Below, piece after piece: positions 15,281 through 29,634 of a stretch of DNA of 64,000 nt. The stretch comes from the human T2T-CHM13v2.0 reference genome, Homo sapiens. Position 1 is the stretch's first letter. Each line of letters begins with the position of its first letter. The DNA is taken from the NCBI RefSeq assembly GCF_009914755.1, contig NC_060935.1, one strand, 5' to 3'. The position numbers and the translations under genes are program-made. The notes beneath the pieces are model-generated. The model searched no databases. It had not been told where the DNA came from and saw only the letters and a program-made list of their open reading frames with translations.

Positions 15281-15447
15281 GTATATTACATTTGTTTTTT
15301 GGCTTGAAAGTTCTAGAAAAAGCAGTGTCTATTCAGATTGTCCTATTATTTTAGATTCAAACGAAATAATCTCACATTCCTACTCCATATGTGGATTTCA
15401 GCATCTTTCTGTTTCTAGCTCTCGCTCTCTTGCTTTCTCTCTTCCTC

Positions 15448-15449
<2 letters not shown>

Positions 15450-15492
<43 letters not shown>
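15450..15492. repeat. (GT)n microsatellite
   Basis: About 21 perfect units. Confidence 0.98.
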
Positions 15493-15495
<3 letters not shown>

Positions 15496-16639
15496 GAACA
15501 GGGGCTTGTTGAATTTCTCCTAAAGAACTCTGACTTTATTATTTTAACTTTGGCTTTATTACTCAGACTCCCTTAAATACTTCACTTTTCCCCATGACAG
15601 CTTAAAATCCCTGAGAAATGTCAATGTCTGCTTTTTAATATACTTTATATTCAATCAGTTACAAGTAGGTTATTTTCCAGCTATATCTTTTCATGCTGGT
15701 TGTCCGGTCTTATTAGGGGAAGTAGCTGAAATTTTCTACAGATGTTATTTACTTTAACAGTAAAATAAATTCATAATATTTTGCAGAAGCATTATATGCC
15801 CTATCTGACCGTTTATTTGGCTAAATACCTCTGAGCTCAAGTCAAATGGAAAGCTAGATTTGTTGCATTTTTAAAACAGACAGTACCTTTAGAGATGAGG
15901 ACCACTAAATTAACCCTGACAAATCAAACTGGATAAATCTACTTCAACTTTGTGCTAGCGCATTGATTAAAATTCAATATAGAATATTTTGACTATTTAT
16001 ATTCCCATAATCTAATATGAATGTGTACTTTCACATTTTTAAAGAGAATACTAAAATCATCAGTGATTCATTTAATTAATACCTATAAATAGTGAGTTCC
16101 AGACGTATCTATTGGCAGAGGTGATGAATTGTAATGAGTGAGAGGAGTCAGTTCAATCTATTGAACTAATAAAGTATTGCTATGGTAAGCAATAAATTGT
16201 GGAGTCTGTAGAGCAATTAAACTCATTCTTCTTAGTATTTGTCATAGTCATTCATGAACATATATAAGAATGTGGAAATATCAAACATAAAGATATTAAT
16301 GTGGAAGTAGAAATGTAAAAAATATTTATGCAGGACATAAGTGTAAACAATATGATGCCACTCTCTGATTTTAATATTTAATGACAAAAAGCTTTTGAAA
16401 TTATATGTAATTTTATACATTTTAATTTTTGATGTCTTACTATTCTATTATTGAATTTCTAATTATTGTCTTTAGAAGAAAAGCTTAATATAAATATAAA
16501 CTAAAATTGTATGTATGTATATATTATTATGTGTATTATGTGCATCTATTATATGCAGAAAATACATATTTAAATCTTCCAGAGACACTATTAAAAATTC
16601 CAGCTAATATAGGTAAGTTTATAAAAAAAAATTCTACCA

Positions 16640-16943
16640 GGCTTGGTGTAGTGACTCACGCCTGTAATCCCAGCACTTTGGGAGGGCGAGGCAGGAGGAC
16701 TGCTTGAGCCCAGGTGTTCAAGACCAGCCTGGGCAACATTGTGAGATGTCGTCTCTACAAAAAATCAAAATAGTAGCCAGGTATTGTGGTAAACACTTGT
16801 AGTCCTAGCTACATGGAAGGCTGAGGCAGTAAGATCGCTTGAGGCCAGGAGGTCAAAGCTGACGTGAGCTATGATAGAACTACACTCTAGCCTGGGAGAC
16901 AGAGTGAGACTGTGTCTAAAAAAAAAAAAAAAAAAAAAAAAAA
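16640..16943 (+). mobile_element. AluJ, full length with long A tail
   Basis: AluJ diagnostics (gcttgagcccagg, gggcaacat), poly-A of about 26 nt. Confidence 0.95.
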
Positions 16944-17079
16944 CACGTAAATAACATATTTGTGTGATTCTAAGTAAATGTCTGAATTATTTATAGGTAT
17001 AATAATAATTACAATATTTACAGATAATAGATTAGAGACTGTCACGTACTTTACCTATATTCTATTCTATTGTATTTGT

Positions 17080-17975
17080 TTTTAAGGTAAAATTTACATA
17101 ACATATTATTTATCATTTTTACCATTTTGAAATATGTCATTCAGTGGCACTGAGTACATTCACTGTGTTATAGAACCATCACCATTATCCATTTCCTGAA
17201 CGTTTCATCACCACAAAAGGTCTTCCAGTTTCCTGTAAACACTCACTTCCCGTTGCTCTCCCTGAAAATCACTAACCTGCTTTCTGTTTCTGTGGATTTA
17301 CATATTCTGAATATTTCATATAATTGAAGTCAAACAATAGGTAGGTTTTTGTGTCTGGCTTATATCACTCAGCATAATGTCTTTAAGGTTCATCCATGTT
17401 GTAGCATGTATTAATATTTCATTTTTTGTGGTTGAATAATATTCCATTTTACAGATATCCCAGATTTGTTTATCCATTCATCAGTTGACTGACATTTGAG
17501 GTATTTCCATCTTTTGTCTGTTTTGAACTGTACTGTTATCAACACTTATGTACAGATTTTATGAACATCTATTTTAAATTCTTCTAGGCATATACATCCA
17601 AGTAAGATTGCTGATTATATTACAATTCTGTTTAACTTGTTGAGGAACTGCCAAACTGTTTTCTACAGTGGTTGCACCATTTTACTTTTCAACCAGCACT
17701 GTAGAAGGGTTCCAATTTCTCTATATCCTTACAAACCCCTAATATTATTACCTGATTTTATAATCATAGCCATAATAGTGGGTATCAAGTGGTATCTCAT
17801 AGTAGTTTTGATTTGTATTTTTCTAATGATTAATGATGTTAAGCATCTTTTCATGTACTTGTTTCCTCTTTACATATTTTCATTGAAGGAATGTCTGCAC
17901 AAGAGTTTTCTCCAATTTTAAGTTGGGTATTTTTCTTTCTTTTGAGTTTCTTTGCAGATTCTGATACTAAACCTT
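17080..17975 (-). mobile_element. L1MB-type 3' end
   Basis: cattcagtggcactgagtacattcac..., gaggaactgccaaactgtttt, gtggtatctcat...ttgatttgtattt. Confidence 0.88.
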
Positions 17976-18279
17976 CTGTTGCACCTTAATAATAACCTCA
18001 ATAGGTATATTAGAACTGAAATTCGACAGTGTAAGTGATTTTCCCAAAGTCATATAGTCAGCTAGTTACTGAGCTGAGTTTCTACTCATGATTTTTTAAT
18101 AGCAAAGTAAAACCAATTTAGACATGTACTATATGAGATATGTACTGTGTGAACTGTGCATTATTTTTCTCCTTGGCCTTTACTATTATTAAAGAACATG
18201 CTTTCACTATGTCTGACTTATTTGTGAGTATTCAGATCTCTCTCTCTCTCTCTCTCTGAAAATATTTGTTTAGAGGAAG

Positions 18280-18430
18280 GCCTCTGTTTGAATCCCTGGC
18301 TAGCTATATGGCTTCAACAACTTCCTTTGTTCAAGATCCTAGTAAGGCTTGCCTACCTCAGAAGGTTATAAATAAGTTAAATTAGATAATCCATTTAAAA
18401 TGCTTAATACCATGATGCATATATTTTAAT
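18280..18430 (+). mobile_element. MIR fragment
   Basis: tttgaatccctggc...cctacctcagaaggttat...attagataatccatttaaaatgctt. Confidence 0.55.
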
Positions 18431-18543
18431 CCATTAAATCCATTTTTAAATAAGAAGACCCCTGGGTTTTTCTATAGAAGTCAACAAGTTTAATTTGTGT
18501 CTAAATATCTAGCCAAGCAGGGCATTCATATTCATTTTGAAAA

Positions 18544-19812
18544 CAAGGGGTTTTCAAAAATGTCATGGAAAATGTATGTTTAAAAAAAGTATGAATTTCA
18601 GTTTTTTATACCAACATCAACTCGAATTAACTTGTTAAAACATACTTGAACAGAATCTAGTGTGAGTCACTAAGAAGTATAAAAAATCATTTTGAAAAAT
18701 GCCCCCATCAGAGCAACAGGCATTCTGCTAAATTGAAACAAGAACAAACATCAAATTTATAGTAAAACTTGGGTAGAAGAAAGGTGAAATCTGTTTTACC
18801 TTACAAAAAATGTATGGGGACAATGCCCCAAATAAATTAGCAGCTTAATAATGTATTATTCATTTTAAGAAGGAATGAGTTGGTATTTAACATGGAGCTC
18901 ACAGCAGCCGACCATTCACATGGATTTGCAAAATTAAAAAATTATTTTTAGTGCCCTAATTGAGGGGCCATAAAAAAGTTAACAGCGTAAACAATAGCCA
19001 ACACCATAAACATCTTAATTGCTTCAGCTTACGTAATTCTGACTGAAAAATTAAACATGAGCAAACTTTTCATTCAATGGGTGCCAAAATCCATGTGCCC
19101 AGATCAGCTGCAGACAAGAGCTGAAACAAGTGGCTCCAAGATCCTGAAGCATTTCTTTGAGAATTGTAACAGGAAATGAAACATGGCTTAATCAGTATGA
19201 TCTGAAGACTAAGAACAATCCAGCGATAGTGGACAAGAGGTGAACATGGTCCAGTCAAAGCAGAAGCAGACCATTAAGAGGAAAAGTGATGGCAACAGTT
19301 TTTTTGGCGGGGATGTTCAATTCATTTTGCTTGCTGACTTTCTGGAGCATCAAATAATGATAACATCTGCTTATTATGAGAACGTTTTGAGTAAGCCAAA
19401 ACTTTTGCAGAAAGATTCCCAGGAAAGCTTCACCAGAGAGCCCTTCTCCATGAGGGTTATGCTCCTGCTCATTCCTCTAATCAAACAAGGACAATTTTAC
19501 AAGAGTGTCCATTGGAACCTAGTAGGCATCCACCTTATCATCCTGATTTGGCTCCTTCTGACTATTTTTTAAATTTTCTAATCTTAAAAAAGATCTTTAA
19601 AGGGCATCTATTTGTCTTGATTTAGTAATTAAAATAGATTACATTGACTTGGTTAAATGTCCAAAACCTCAGTTCTTTAGAGGTGGACTAAGTGGCTGGT
19701 ATCATCACTTACAAAATGTGTTGTGCTTGATGGAGCTAATGTTGTGAAATAAAGTTTCCATTTGTATTTGTATTTTTAAATTCCATTTTTATGTACTTTT
19801 TGATATCTTCTT
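18544..19812 (+). mobile_element. Full-length decayed Hsmar2 mariner transposon (transposase pseudogene)
   Basis: About 1.27 kb; TIR caaggggttttcaaaaatgtcatggaaaatg and its degenerate inverse at 19784-19812; mariner motifs WVPK (19078), GNETW (D->N), HPPYHPDLAPSD (to 19562); start codon lost, many stops and frameshifts. Confidence 0.93.
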
Positions 19813-19854
19813 TTATTTGTGTGTGTATGCCTACATATATATGTTAAATATAAT

Positions 19855-19985
19855 GATAGACTCTGTTCCTTCTATTGTCACTAGAATGTAAACACTTTGA
19901 GGGGCAGGAATTTTTTTTTTTATTATTGTTTGGTACTCTACTATATCCTCAGCACCTAAACCCAATGCCTAGCAAATAGATATAT
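19855..19985 (+). mobile_element. L2 3' end
   Basis: cactagaatgtaaacactttgaggggcagg...tatatcctcagcacct...tgcctagca. Confidence 0.75.
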
Positions 19986-19989
19986 TAAA

Positions 19990-20165
19990 ATAATAATGGA
20001 AACTTACACTTGCATAACACTTTATAGTTTCTAGAAACACTTTCTTGCACATACATATTCTCACCTGCAATCCTCTTGATAACCCCCCTGAAATCTAACT
20101 TTGTCATTATCATTGTATATATAAAGAAACTGACCCTCAGACAAGTGAAGAGAGCTGCTCACGAT
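19990..20165 (-). mobile_element. MIR
   Basis: cactttatagttt...aatcctc...aagaaactgaccctcaga. Confidence 0.65.
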
Positions 20166-20659
20166 TCTCTAAAATTCGTGCATTCTGACTGTCCCTGCTA
20201 TCACAGGTTTACAGCCTGAAATAGATCCTGACACATAGTAGCTACCCATAGTTTACCGTGACTAAGTAAGAGAAAGTAAGGCATGTTATTAATTGCTAAG
20301 CCTTTGTTTTAAATAGTCTACACTTCTCCCTCTCAGATAACTACAGTTAGTGGGTACATGGTGATTGGTTGATCAAAATACATCACCTTTGCGGTGAGTA
20401 ATTTTACACATCAGAACTGAATTAAAAGAAAACATGGATAGCTGTAGGCTATAATGCAAAATTTGCATTAATTTAAAATATAAAGGGTGAGTCTCTAAAG
20501 GAATTGTATGAATTGCTTGCTTCAATATATGATTCCAAACTGTTTCTGTGACCCGAGTAAATTCTCCTTTCCAGTTAGGATTACATTAGTAGAACATTTT
20601 AAGAAATATTGAGATATATTGGATATATTGGTGTGCTGGGAAAAAAAAATCAGTGAAGA

Positions 20660-20934
<275 letters not shown>

Positions 20935-21949
20935 GGAAGTTATATTTTAGATTGCTGTTTTGTTTGGTAAAGCAAGTGTGCTTATGTAGAAAATCTGATA
21001 GCAAGGACATTGTCAGTGATGGCTGCTCCTTTTGTTGCCAACTTCTGTTTGTGAATTTGGAGAAGTTATTCAACGTTTATAAATCTTAGACTCTCCTCAT
21101 TCATAAAAATGACAGGAGGGTTTGCTATCTGAGAAATTAATCATCCTAAGTCACTTTTGAAAATTTCACACAGGCCTAATTGCAATACCCAGCAAAACAC
21201 CATTATTAATAAGCACATTTTATAAGACCACAAATAGTCTCTCATTGCCAGTGGGTATCATTTGTGCTCACTGATTAATGTATTGGATAAACCTTTTTTA
21301 TTAATGAGAACAAGAGAGAGCAAACACCACATTGGGGAAGGTGTGTCACACAATGTGGCAGTATACCAACATAGGTCAAATGGGCCACATTAGAAAGGAG
21401 CTATAGATCACATATGAACCTGGAGTCCCTAAACATTTGCTTCATTCATGCCTTAGTGGGAAAAGTATCAGCCATTCAAACACTCACCAAAAAAATTAAT
21501 TTTGAAACAGACACAGTATGTCCAAATCTTAACTTTGTTTCTGTTTTGGAAATGGACTAATATGAAAGGATAAATGGTTTTTAAGCATTTATGCAATTCT
21601 GTGCTGCTTTGTAAAATATTTAAATCCTTAACAAGAAGTATACATTAGAGTATCCCTGCTATTTAAAGGAAACCTATGGAAATGTACTTGTTTGTAATGT
21701 ACGTTTTTCACTATCAAAGTGCTGGGTGTGGTCAATATAGAAAATTAGGAAATAAATAGTCCTAATAGAAAAACACAACCATTTCTATTATTTTTATTTT
21801 AAAAAGAAAGCACCTCCCTGCTAAAGCTGAATAGGTGTATAATGGTGAATGAAACCCTCTAAAACTTTTTTTATGTTTCACAAATATTGAAAACTAGGTC
21901 AACAGATTCTTACCAGTTTGACTCTTTTGATTGTGACTTTTGTGTCAAC

Positions 21950-23260
21950 ATTTTTGTGAGGTTTGCATAGTTTTGTCTTGATTGTATGTCACAGCTTATT
22001 TGTTAATACTTCCTGCACTGATAGGCATTTGGCTTGTTTTCTGTTAGAAATCTTTCAGGGTAATGCTGTCATACACATTCTTTTACCTGTTTATTTTAAT
22101 TATTATTATACTTTAAGTTCTGAGGTACATGTACAGAATGTGCAGGTTTGTTACATAGGTATACACATGCCATGGTGGTTTGCTGCACCTATCAATCCAT
22201 CATCTACATGAAGTATTTCTCCTAATGCTATCCCTCCCCTAACCCCCTCCCCTAGACAGGCCCTGGTGTGTGATGTTCCCCTCCCTGTGTCCTTGTGTTC
22301 TCATTGTCCAGCTCCCACCTATGAGTGAGAACATGTGGTGTCTGGTTTTCTCTTCTTGTGTTAGTTTGCTGAGAATGATGGTTTCCAGCTTCATCCATGT
22401 CCCTGCAAAGGACATGAACTCATCCCTTTTTATGGCTGCATAGTATTTCATGGTGTATATGTGCCACATTTTCTTTATCCAGTCTATTATTGATAAGCAT
22501 TGGGGTTGGTTCCAAGTCTTTGCTATTGTGAATAGTGCTGCAATAAACTTTCATGTGCATGTGTCTCTATAGTAGAATGATTTACAATCCTTTGGTTATG
22601 TACCCAGTAATGAGATGGCTGGGTCAAATGGTATTTCTGGTTCTAGATCCCTGAGGAATTGCCACACTGTCTTCCACAATGGTTGAACTAATTGACACTA
22701 CCACCAACAGTGTAAAAGCATTCCTATTTCGCCACATCCTCTCCAGCATCTGTTGTTTCCTGACTTTTTAATGATTGCCATTCTAACTGGTGTGAGATGG
22801 TATCTCATTATGGTTTTGATTTGCATTTCTCTAATGACCAGTGATGATGAGCTTTTTTTCATATGTTTGTTGGCTGCATAAATGTCTTCTTTTGAGAAGT
22901 GTCTGTTCATATCTTTTGCCCACTTTTTGATGGGGTTATTTGTTTTTTTTCTTGTAAATTTGTTTAAGTTCTTTGTAGATTCTGGATATTAGCCCTTTGT
23001 CAGATGGATAGATTGCAAAAAGTTTCTCCCATTCTGTAGTTTGCCTGTTCAGTCTGATGATAGTTTCCTTTGAGCTCTCATATTTTAAGAATTGTATAAA
23101 AGTGTAGTTTCTTAGATCATAAGTTATGCCCAAATAAAGCTTTAGTGTGTGTATTTTCCAACAATTTTCCAAGGTAATTGTATCAATATAAAATCTCATT
23201 GGCAGTTCCAGATATTTCATATCAACCACAACTTGAAATTGTCAGTCCATTTATGATAGT
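21950..23260 (-). mobile_element. Ancient L1ME-type fragment split by the L1PA insertion below
   Basis: tgataggcatttggcttgttt...cattcttttacctgt resumes after 23072 with ...ttttccaaggtaattgtatcaat...attgtcagtc. Confidence 0.55.
22090..23072 (-). mobile_element. L1PA7/8-like 3' fragment (about 1 kb)
   Basis: 3' UTR and ORF2 C-terminus ([33 protein letters not shown] in the ORF track). Confidence 0.96.
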
Positions 23261-26200
23261 GATTTGTTTCAATATATAACAGAATTATAAATTACAATGT
23301 TATATCCATACCTATAACCAATTATAAAATATTACTGTCATTGTTCTAAAATAAAAGTGTTTTCACTGACCATTTTATATGGATGGTATGGATGATACAA
23401 TACCTCATAGTTCAAGTCCATAGTTGCCAATACTCCATCCTGCAATTCACCATCCTTCCACGTTTGACTCATATGAGTATTTTTCTCCCATCAAATTCAG
23501 TAATATTAACATGTGCATATACATATTCAATCATTGAAATAATTACCCAGCTTTATTCACAAAACGTGTAGTAGAAAATCGAGTCATGTTATCCTTATGA
23601 TCAAGTTTACAGAATAAATTTTTAGAAATATTATTTGTAAAAGTAAAGTGTACGCGGTTTCAACAGACGTAAAGAGAAACTAATTTTTTTGCCAAATCAA
23701 AATTCATAGGAATGAATATAGGTTGAAGCATGAACCTTAAATTTTTCTACCTTACAGTGAATAATTTTTTCTAATATATTTTAGAAGCCTTTATCAAAAG
23801 TTTAAGATGCCCTGGTTAGTCAAATATTTATTTGCTTAATATAATAAAGACTATTTGACCTTAAGGAAAAAAATTCACACATATTTTTACTTCATAATAA
23901 TAAAAATTCACATGACATATTTATTACATAAATATACATATTCTATATTTAAATCATAAACATTAACAACTAACACTAACAACTATGAATACCTCATTAG
24001 AGGTGAAATTGGCCCTAAAATTTTTCAAGATATTAAATTATATTGTGTTCCTTAACATTATTCTTCAATTCTAAGAGCTCTCCTTGCCTCAGATTACTAT
24101 TCATGTAAGGTGTGAGCAAAATAGTGCAAAGTCTCATTAGGATAAAATAAAATACGTAGAGTTTTGGAGTGGTTAAAAGAAGAGAGGAACCTACTTAGGA
24201 CGCATTTTACACAATGTGTGTAAATGAATGCAAAGGAAAACTAGTATTATTTAAAAGCTTTTATTTAATTTTATATGGATACCAGAGTCTCTTTTGAGAT
24301 TATGTAAAAGTACTTTTTTTAAAAAAAGGAGGTTACTTTTCATAGGTTTATCCATGCATTCCAAATTTGTTGATCTATACTGTGTTGCAGGTGGACAAAG
24401 CTGTACCTAATAAAGTATGTATCTCTTTCCACATGTAGAAGGCGTGCTTTTAATGATACGAAGAAAACATAATAATGTGCACTCAAGAATAGAAGAAATT
24501 TTGAAGTAAAACTCCTATGTCCTATATTTTATTTTTATTTCATGATATGTATTTCAGACATAGGGAAGATATAAATAAATTGTTCATAATTTCACTGGAG
24601 ATCATCTATCTATCTAATCTATCTCCATCTATCAATCATCTTCTATCTGTTCTTAGCTCACTCTTTATTTTTTCTCTCTTTCCTTCTTTCTTTATTTCTT
24701 TTTCTCTTTCCTTATCTGTCAATCTATCATTTATGTGTAATGAATAGGGCCTTATCTCCAGTGTTTAGGATATTTAAGTGCACAAAAATATTTGCTGAAA
24801 CCAAAAAAGATACCTAGAGACATTCCCATTCCTTACTCCTCAAGAAGAACATTTCATACAACAAAATATAATCAACTGAAGACCTAATCCTTTGCAAAAA
24901 ATGCTGAAATTTTAAAAATGTCCAGGAAAAAAAGTAATTTATTAATTCAGAAGAATCTTTCAGTTACCTTAACTTCATTTATTGTAGATTTTAAAAGTGA
25001 AAGACTTTTTCATCAGACGATTCATGCATATGTTTTGTGTACGTGTGGTCTGTCTGTGTTTGTATGAGTTCATGCCTGACTCGGAAATTTTCTTTTTATT
25101 AGACATTTGTATTAATATTTTAAAACCATTAAAAATCACTATAAAAAAGCTTTTTGCCTCTTGGATCGACAATATTTTAAAATAGTTATCAAGACATGTT
25201 TTAATTTAAATTTTTGCTTTTTAATGACATGTCATTGATGTCATATTTGTAGCATTTTGAGGAAGCAAGCAAATTGGTAGGCATCAGAAATTTTAAAGAA
25301 AGAGAAATATTTCACTTAATATTCACCATCTACTTTATATAGGGATGTTAAGCATTTTTTCCAATGTAACTTCAAATGTTTCAAATGCTTTCCTGGCTGT
25401 TATTTAACTGAGTCTTTCTTAGAAAACCAACTTAAACAATTGGGAAAAGCACTAATTTGTTTAAATAAATTCAATTAGTCAATTTCATGCAATCCCTTTA
25501 TATATATAAAAAAGTCTATGAATTAATCAAATCTAGGGTGCCATATAAAGCATGACATTATTTTATTGATATCTTAAGAAGAAAGCCTGCAAATAAAACA
25601 ATGTTAAGAAACCATTAATTTAACAATAAAATATATTAAATAAGTAAAAAGGGCAAATGTCATGTAATTAATGACATAAAGCATGTGAATACGTATAATA
25701 TCTGCACATATTTAAATTTATAAATATACAAATTTATATACATACATATTAACATATTAATATACTAATAAATGTAACTCTATAAACATAATGAAAGCCA
25801 TAAATAAAATGACAGAAAACAATAGAAGTCCCTCATAGCCCAGAATTAGAGTGATATTGTAGTTAAAAAACACAATTCAGGAATAAAAATATTTCTAAAC
25901 AAGTTTCATACTTCACTGTGAAATACATACGTGTCAGATACATTGCACCCTTATTAAAATTATTTTTTCCTTACATGCCATATTTCTTTTTGGGTCTCCC
26001 TTTAAAACACTGTTCATAAAACTGACTTCACAGCCCTATCCAAAATGCCTTTAGCCCTTTGCTCCTGACTTCAAATAACAAAACCTAAAGGTTCACATAA
26101 CAGAAGCAGAATCAACATTGCTGTCAGAGAGGTAAAGGAAATTAGCGAAACAAAGGCAGATCCCTCCCTAGGGGGAAAATGTTAGAAAAATCTAAGAATA

Positions 26201-27265
26201 TGAATATTCTATGGTTGCTCAATATTTGTACTGAAGGTGAACTTGTGTGTTCTTCTGCATATGTGTGTGTGTGTGTATCACACGTTACACGTATGGTTCT
26301 TTATATTTGTGTGTTTTTATATATTTTTCTTAGTTTACTGAACAATACGTATTTTTCTCTCTGACTTAAAGTTGACGTTATCATGTGTCGTTAAAATGAT
26401 TTTGATATTGCTCCCGTGGATACAATGCCTATGGGAACTAAATAATTAAGTATGCATAATCAATTTGCTTAAAGTTAGGTCTTAATGAGCCTCCCAAAGG
26501 AATATTTCTTTTAAGGACATTTTAATAAGTGAAACCAATCAGGAGGAAGAAACATTTCAACTTAATCAGAAATTTCCTCTAACTGTTAAATCATTTTTGA
26601 AAGACTCTCATAATACTCATAATACTACATATTAACTATTGCAATAAGGGTTTTTACAAGTACTATGGAATCACAATGAAGGGACTGCTTAACTGCCTCA
26701 GAGACAGAAGTCATCACAGAAAAGATAATATTCCAATTGGGTCCAAATTACAGGAAATACTTCATCTCATCTGACATTTGTCCCTTGGATTGAAATTATG
26801 TTTGGGTTCTATTGGGAAGATATACGGCCCCTGAAAATGAGGTGAGATTTTTGTTTTGTTTTTCTTTGTTCCATTTTTGTTTCACTGTTTTTCACTTTAT
26901 AATTAACCTCACAGACTTTTAAGCAAGTCAAGTAAAATTAATGCAAATTGTATTTTGCTTCTCAGACACACAATAAAGCCTTATTTTCTGAAAACAAAGA
27001 ATAAACTGTACATTTGCTTTAAATATGCATATCATATATTGTAGGAAATTTTTTTAGTGCTTCTAAATTTCTCAGGTATAAATAGAAGGCAGAGTGAACT
27101 ATTAGATCAAACAGACCGGAGATGTCAGTGGCTCTGTGTGAGCTCTCGTCTGTTTTTGCTGATCTGAATTATAACATTTAGTTGAATAAATCAAACCTCA
27201 TAATGAAATAGCCAACATAATATAAGAGGGAAATTTCGGGTCTTTTCTTTCTTTCAGTAAACATC

Positions 27266-27672
27266 TATCCTAGTTTGAATGTATGTGCCCTTCCAATATT
27301 CCCATGTTAGAACTTAAACCCCAAGGTGATGATATTAAGAGATGGGTCTTTAGGAGATAATTAAGCCTTGAGGGAACCACCCTTAAGAATGGGATCAATG
27401 CTCTTAAGATCAAATGCTTCAGAAAGACATTTGGCTTGCCCATCTCCTCTGCCACGTAAGGACACAACATTCATCACTTTCTGTCCTTTTTCGCCATGTG
27501 AGGATGTAGTAAGAAGGTGCCAGCCATGAACAACGGGCCTTTACCAGACACAACACCTGCTGCTTCTGGATCTTGGACCTCTCAGATTCCATAACTGTGA
27601 GAAATAAATTTCTGTTTTATATAAGTTATCCAGTAAGGTATTTTATAATAGCAGCAGTAACAAACTAAAACA
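27266..27672 (+). mobile_element. MaLR solo LTR (MSTD/MLT1A-like)
   Basis: gtttgaatgt start, gccatgtgagga, aactgtgagaaataaatttctgtt, ends aactaaaaca. Confidence 0.85.
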
Positions 27673-27919
27673 GATGGAAAAACAGTCTCGTGATGATTTC
27701 TGTACTACAAAGATAATTCTGTTTCACATCAACTAATTTTATTTTGTTTTTCAATTTATTATTTTATTAGGTAATATACCATCATGATTGCAGGATTTAA
27801 TCAAGTATTTAGATTGCAATAATTATTTTCTATCATTGTTTAATGAAATCCCCATGAACGCTCACTCCTTTCCTTCTACTACTTCTTGATTTCTGCCTTA
27901 TTTTGATTCATAAAATGAA

Positions 27920-29150
27920 ACAATAGATGGATAGACAGATAGATACATAGATACATAGATGTTCATGGAGGTATAACATAAACAATAATACCCCAATAGC
28001 AATGAATGTGTTCCTCATCAAGATCTTGGTTTATAAATACCTTTCTTCAACAAAAGTGTGTAGCATCCTTGGAAAAATGAATCGGAAAAATATGAGACAG
28101 GACTGGAGCATTTGGTTGCAGAAAGTACAGTAGTCCTCCAAACAAGATGGAAATGTCAAAATAGAAAAGGAGAAAATTCCACTTCCATCAGGGACAAGTA
28201 CCTTTCCCATAGATAACAATTATGAACTGATCAGAATACAAAAGCAAACTATCTCAAGACAAATTTCAGATGCAATTTGATACAGAAAAAGGGCAATTGC
28301 ACAACGTAAGATTTTCTCTCTACACAGCTTTTAACCCAAGGAAAGGTCAAGGACAGTCTTGTATTGGAAAAATAAAATAAAATACTAATTTAAAAAGGAA
28401 AGAATTTGACAACTTCAGCTGCCAGAAAGTGAGGGGAGAATCTTTGAAAGAGGACAATCAGAGAGCAGAAGCTATATTTCTGTATTTAGGGTCTGACTGC
28501 TGACATATGTATGCATGTGGTTCACTCAAAGCAGCCCAGCTAAGGATAAGTTAACAAGCTAGAGATGTTAGGTTCCACACAAGTGAGAGAGTTTGCAATT
28601 TGAGTATAATCAAGTCACCCCTAACTAAACAAAACAAAATGAAACAAAACAAAATTATTTCTGTAGCAATATAAGAGAACCCAAAAATTCTACACATTAA
28701 GAAATTTATATATATTTATATGTAATAAATTTATAGATGTATATATGTAATATATTTATATACAGTAGAGAAAGAAGGAGAAATAAATGAACAAAGCCAA
28801 AACTCAGTTCTTTAAAAATATAAAAGTAAAGAAATACAATACAATTTTTAGTAGAATATTTTTTCAAATACAAAATAATATTATGAATGGCAGATACTAC
28901 AAATCCTACAGACATAAGCTAATTCTTTGAAAATATCTCTGCCTCAAATATGCAACTGACATGACAAATTTTTGAAAAGTCATTTGGACAAAACTGGCAC
29001 TGAATCAAGCAAAAATTCAAAATAGTTCTGCCTCTATTAAGGGAATAGAATTTGTTATCCAAGTATATTCACAACAAAAAAAGTCAAAGCTCAAATGGTT
29101 TCACAGGTTAATTTTAAGAATTGTTTAAGAAAGAAATAACAACCATCTTA
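27920..29150 (+). mobile_element. Cluster of old L1M fragments (L1MC-like 3' end; ORF2 piece 28770-29150)
   Basis: cagaaagtacagtagtcctc...gatggaaatgtcaaaa; actacaaatcctacagacat, caaatggtttcacaggttaattt, tttaagaaagaaataacaacc. Confidence 0.55.
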
Positions 29151-29539
29151 GACAGCTACATCTTATATAATACTTAGGAGGAAAGAGACTTTTAGTAGTG
29201 ACAAGGTTTCATGGAGGTATCTCAAGACCAAGACCTAAAGTTGATTATGATTGAAGTTCCATTGTCCTTCTACTGAACACTGAAGGAAGTATCTTTTTAT
29301 ACAATCATAACAGAAAAGCCAAAAAGATAAATAATATGGTGCCATAATGCTTACATTATTATGGATAAGTAATATATAATCTAAAAGTATATTAGCACTG
29401 TATATTCTATTTATAGATTTAAAATAACTACACACTACATATGCTAATACATATGATATATATTTATATCATATATGCTACTTCGTATTTGTTTTAACTT
29501 ACCATTGTAAACTATGACTTTCCTGACTCTTGTATGGTA

Positions 29540-29634
29540 TTAAGTTAGAGAAAAAGTGATCATAGTTTTTGCCATTTACTGTTTTGCCATTAACAGTAAT
29601 GGCAAAAACTGCAATTACTTTTGCACCAACCTAA
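29540..29634. mobile_element. MADE1 MITE (Hsmar1-derived)
   Basis: Inverted TIRs ttaagttagagaaaaagtgatcatagtttttgccatt / aatggcaaaaactgcaattacttttgcaccaacctaa, TA on both sides. Confidence 0.93.

Noticed and set aside
22090-23072. L1PA without an obvious TSD as an endonuclease-independent insertion
   Set aside because: It has a normal 3' tail; a short or decayed TSD, or a small target deletion, explains it.
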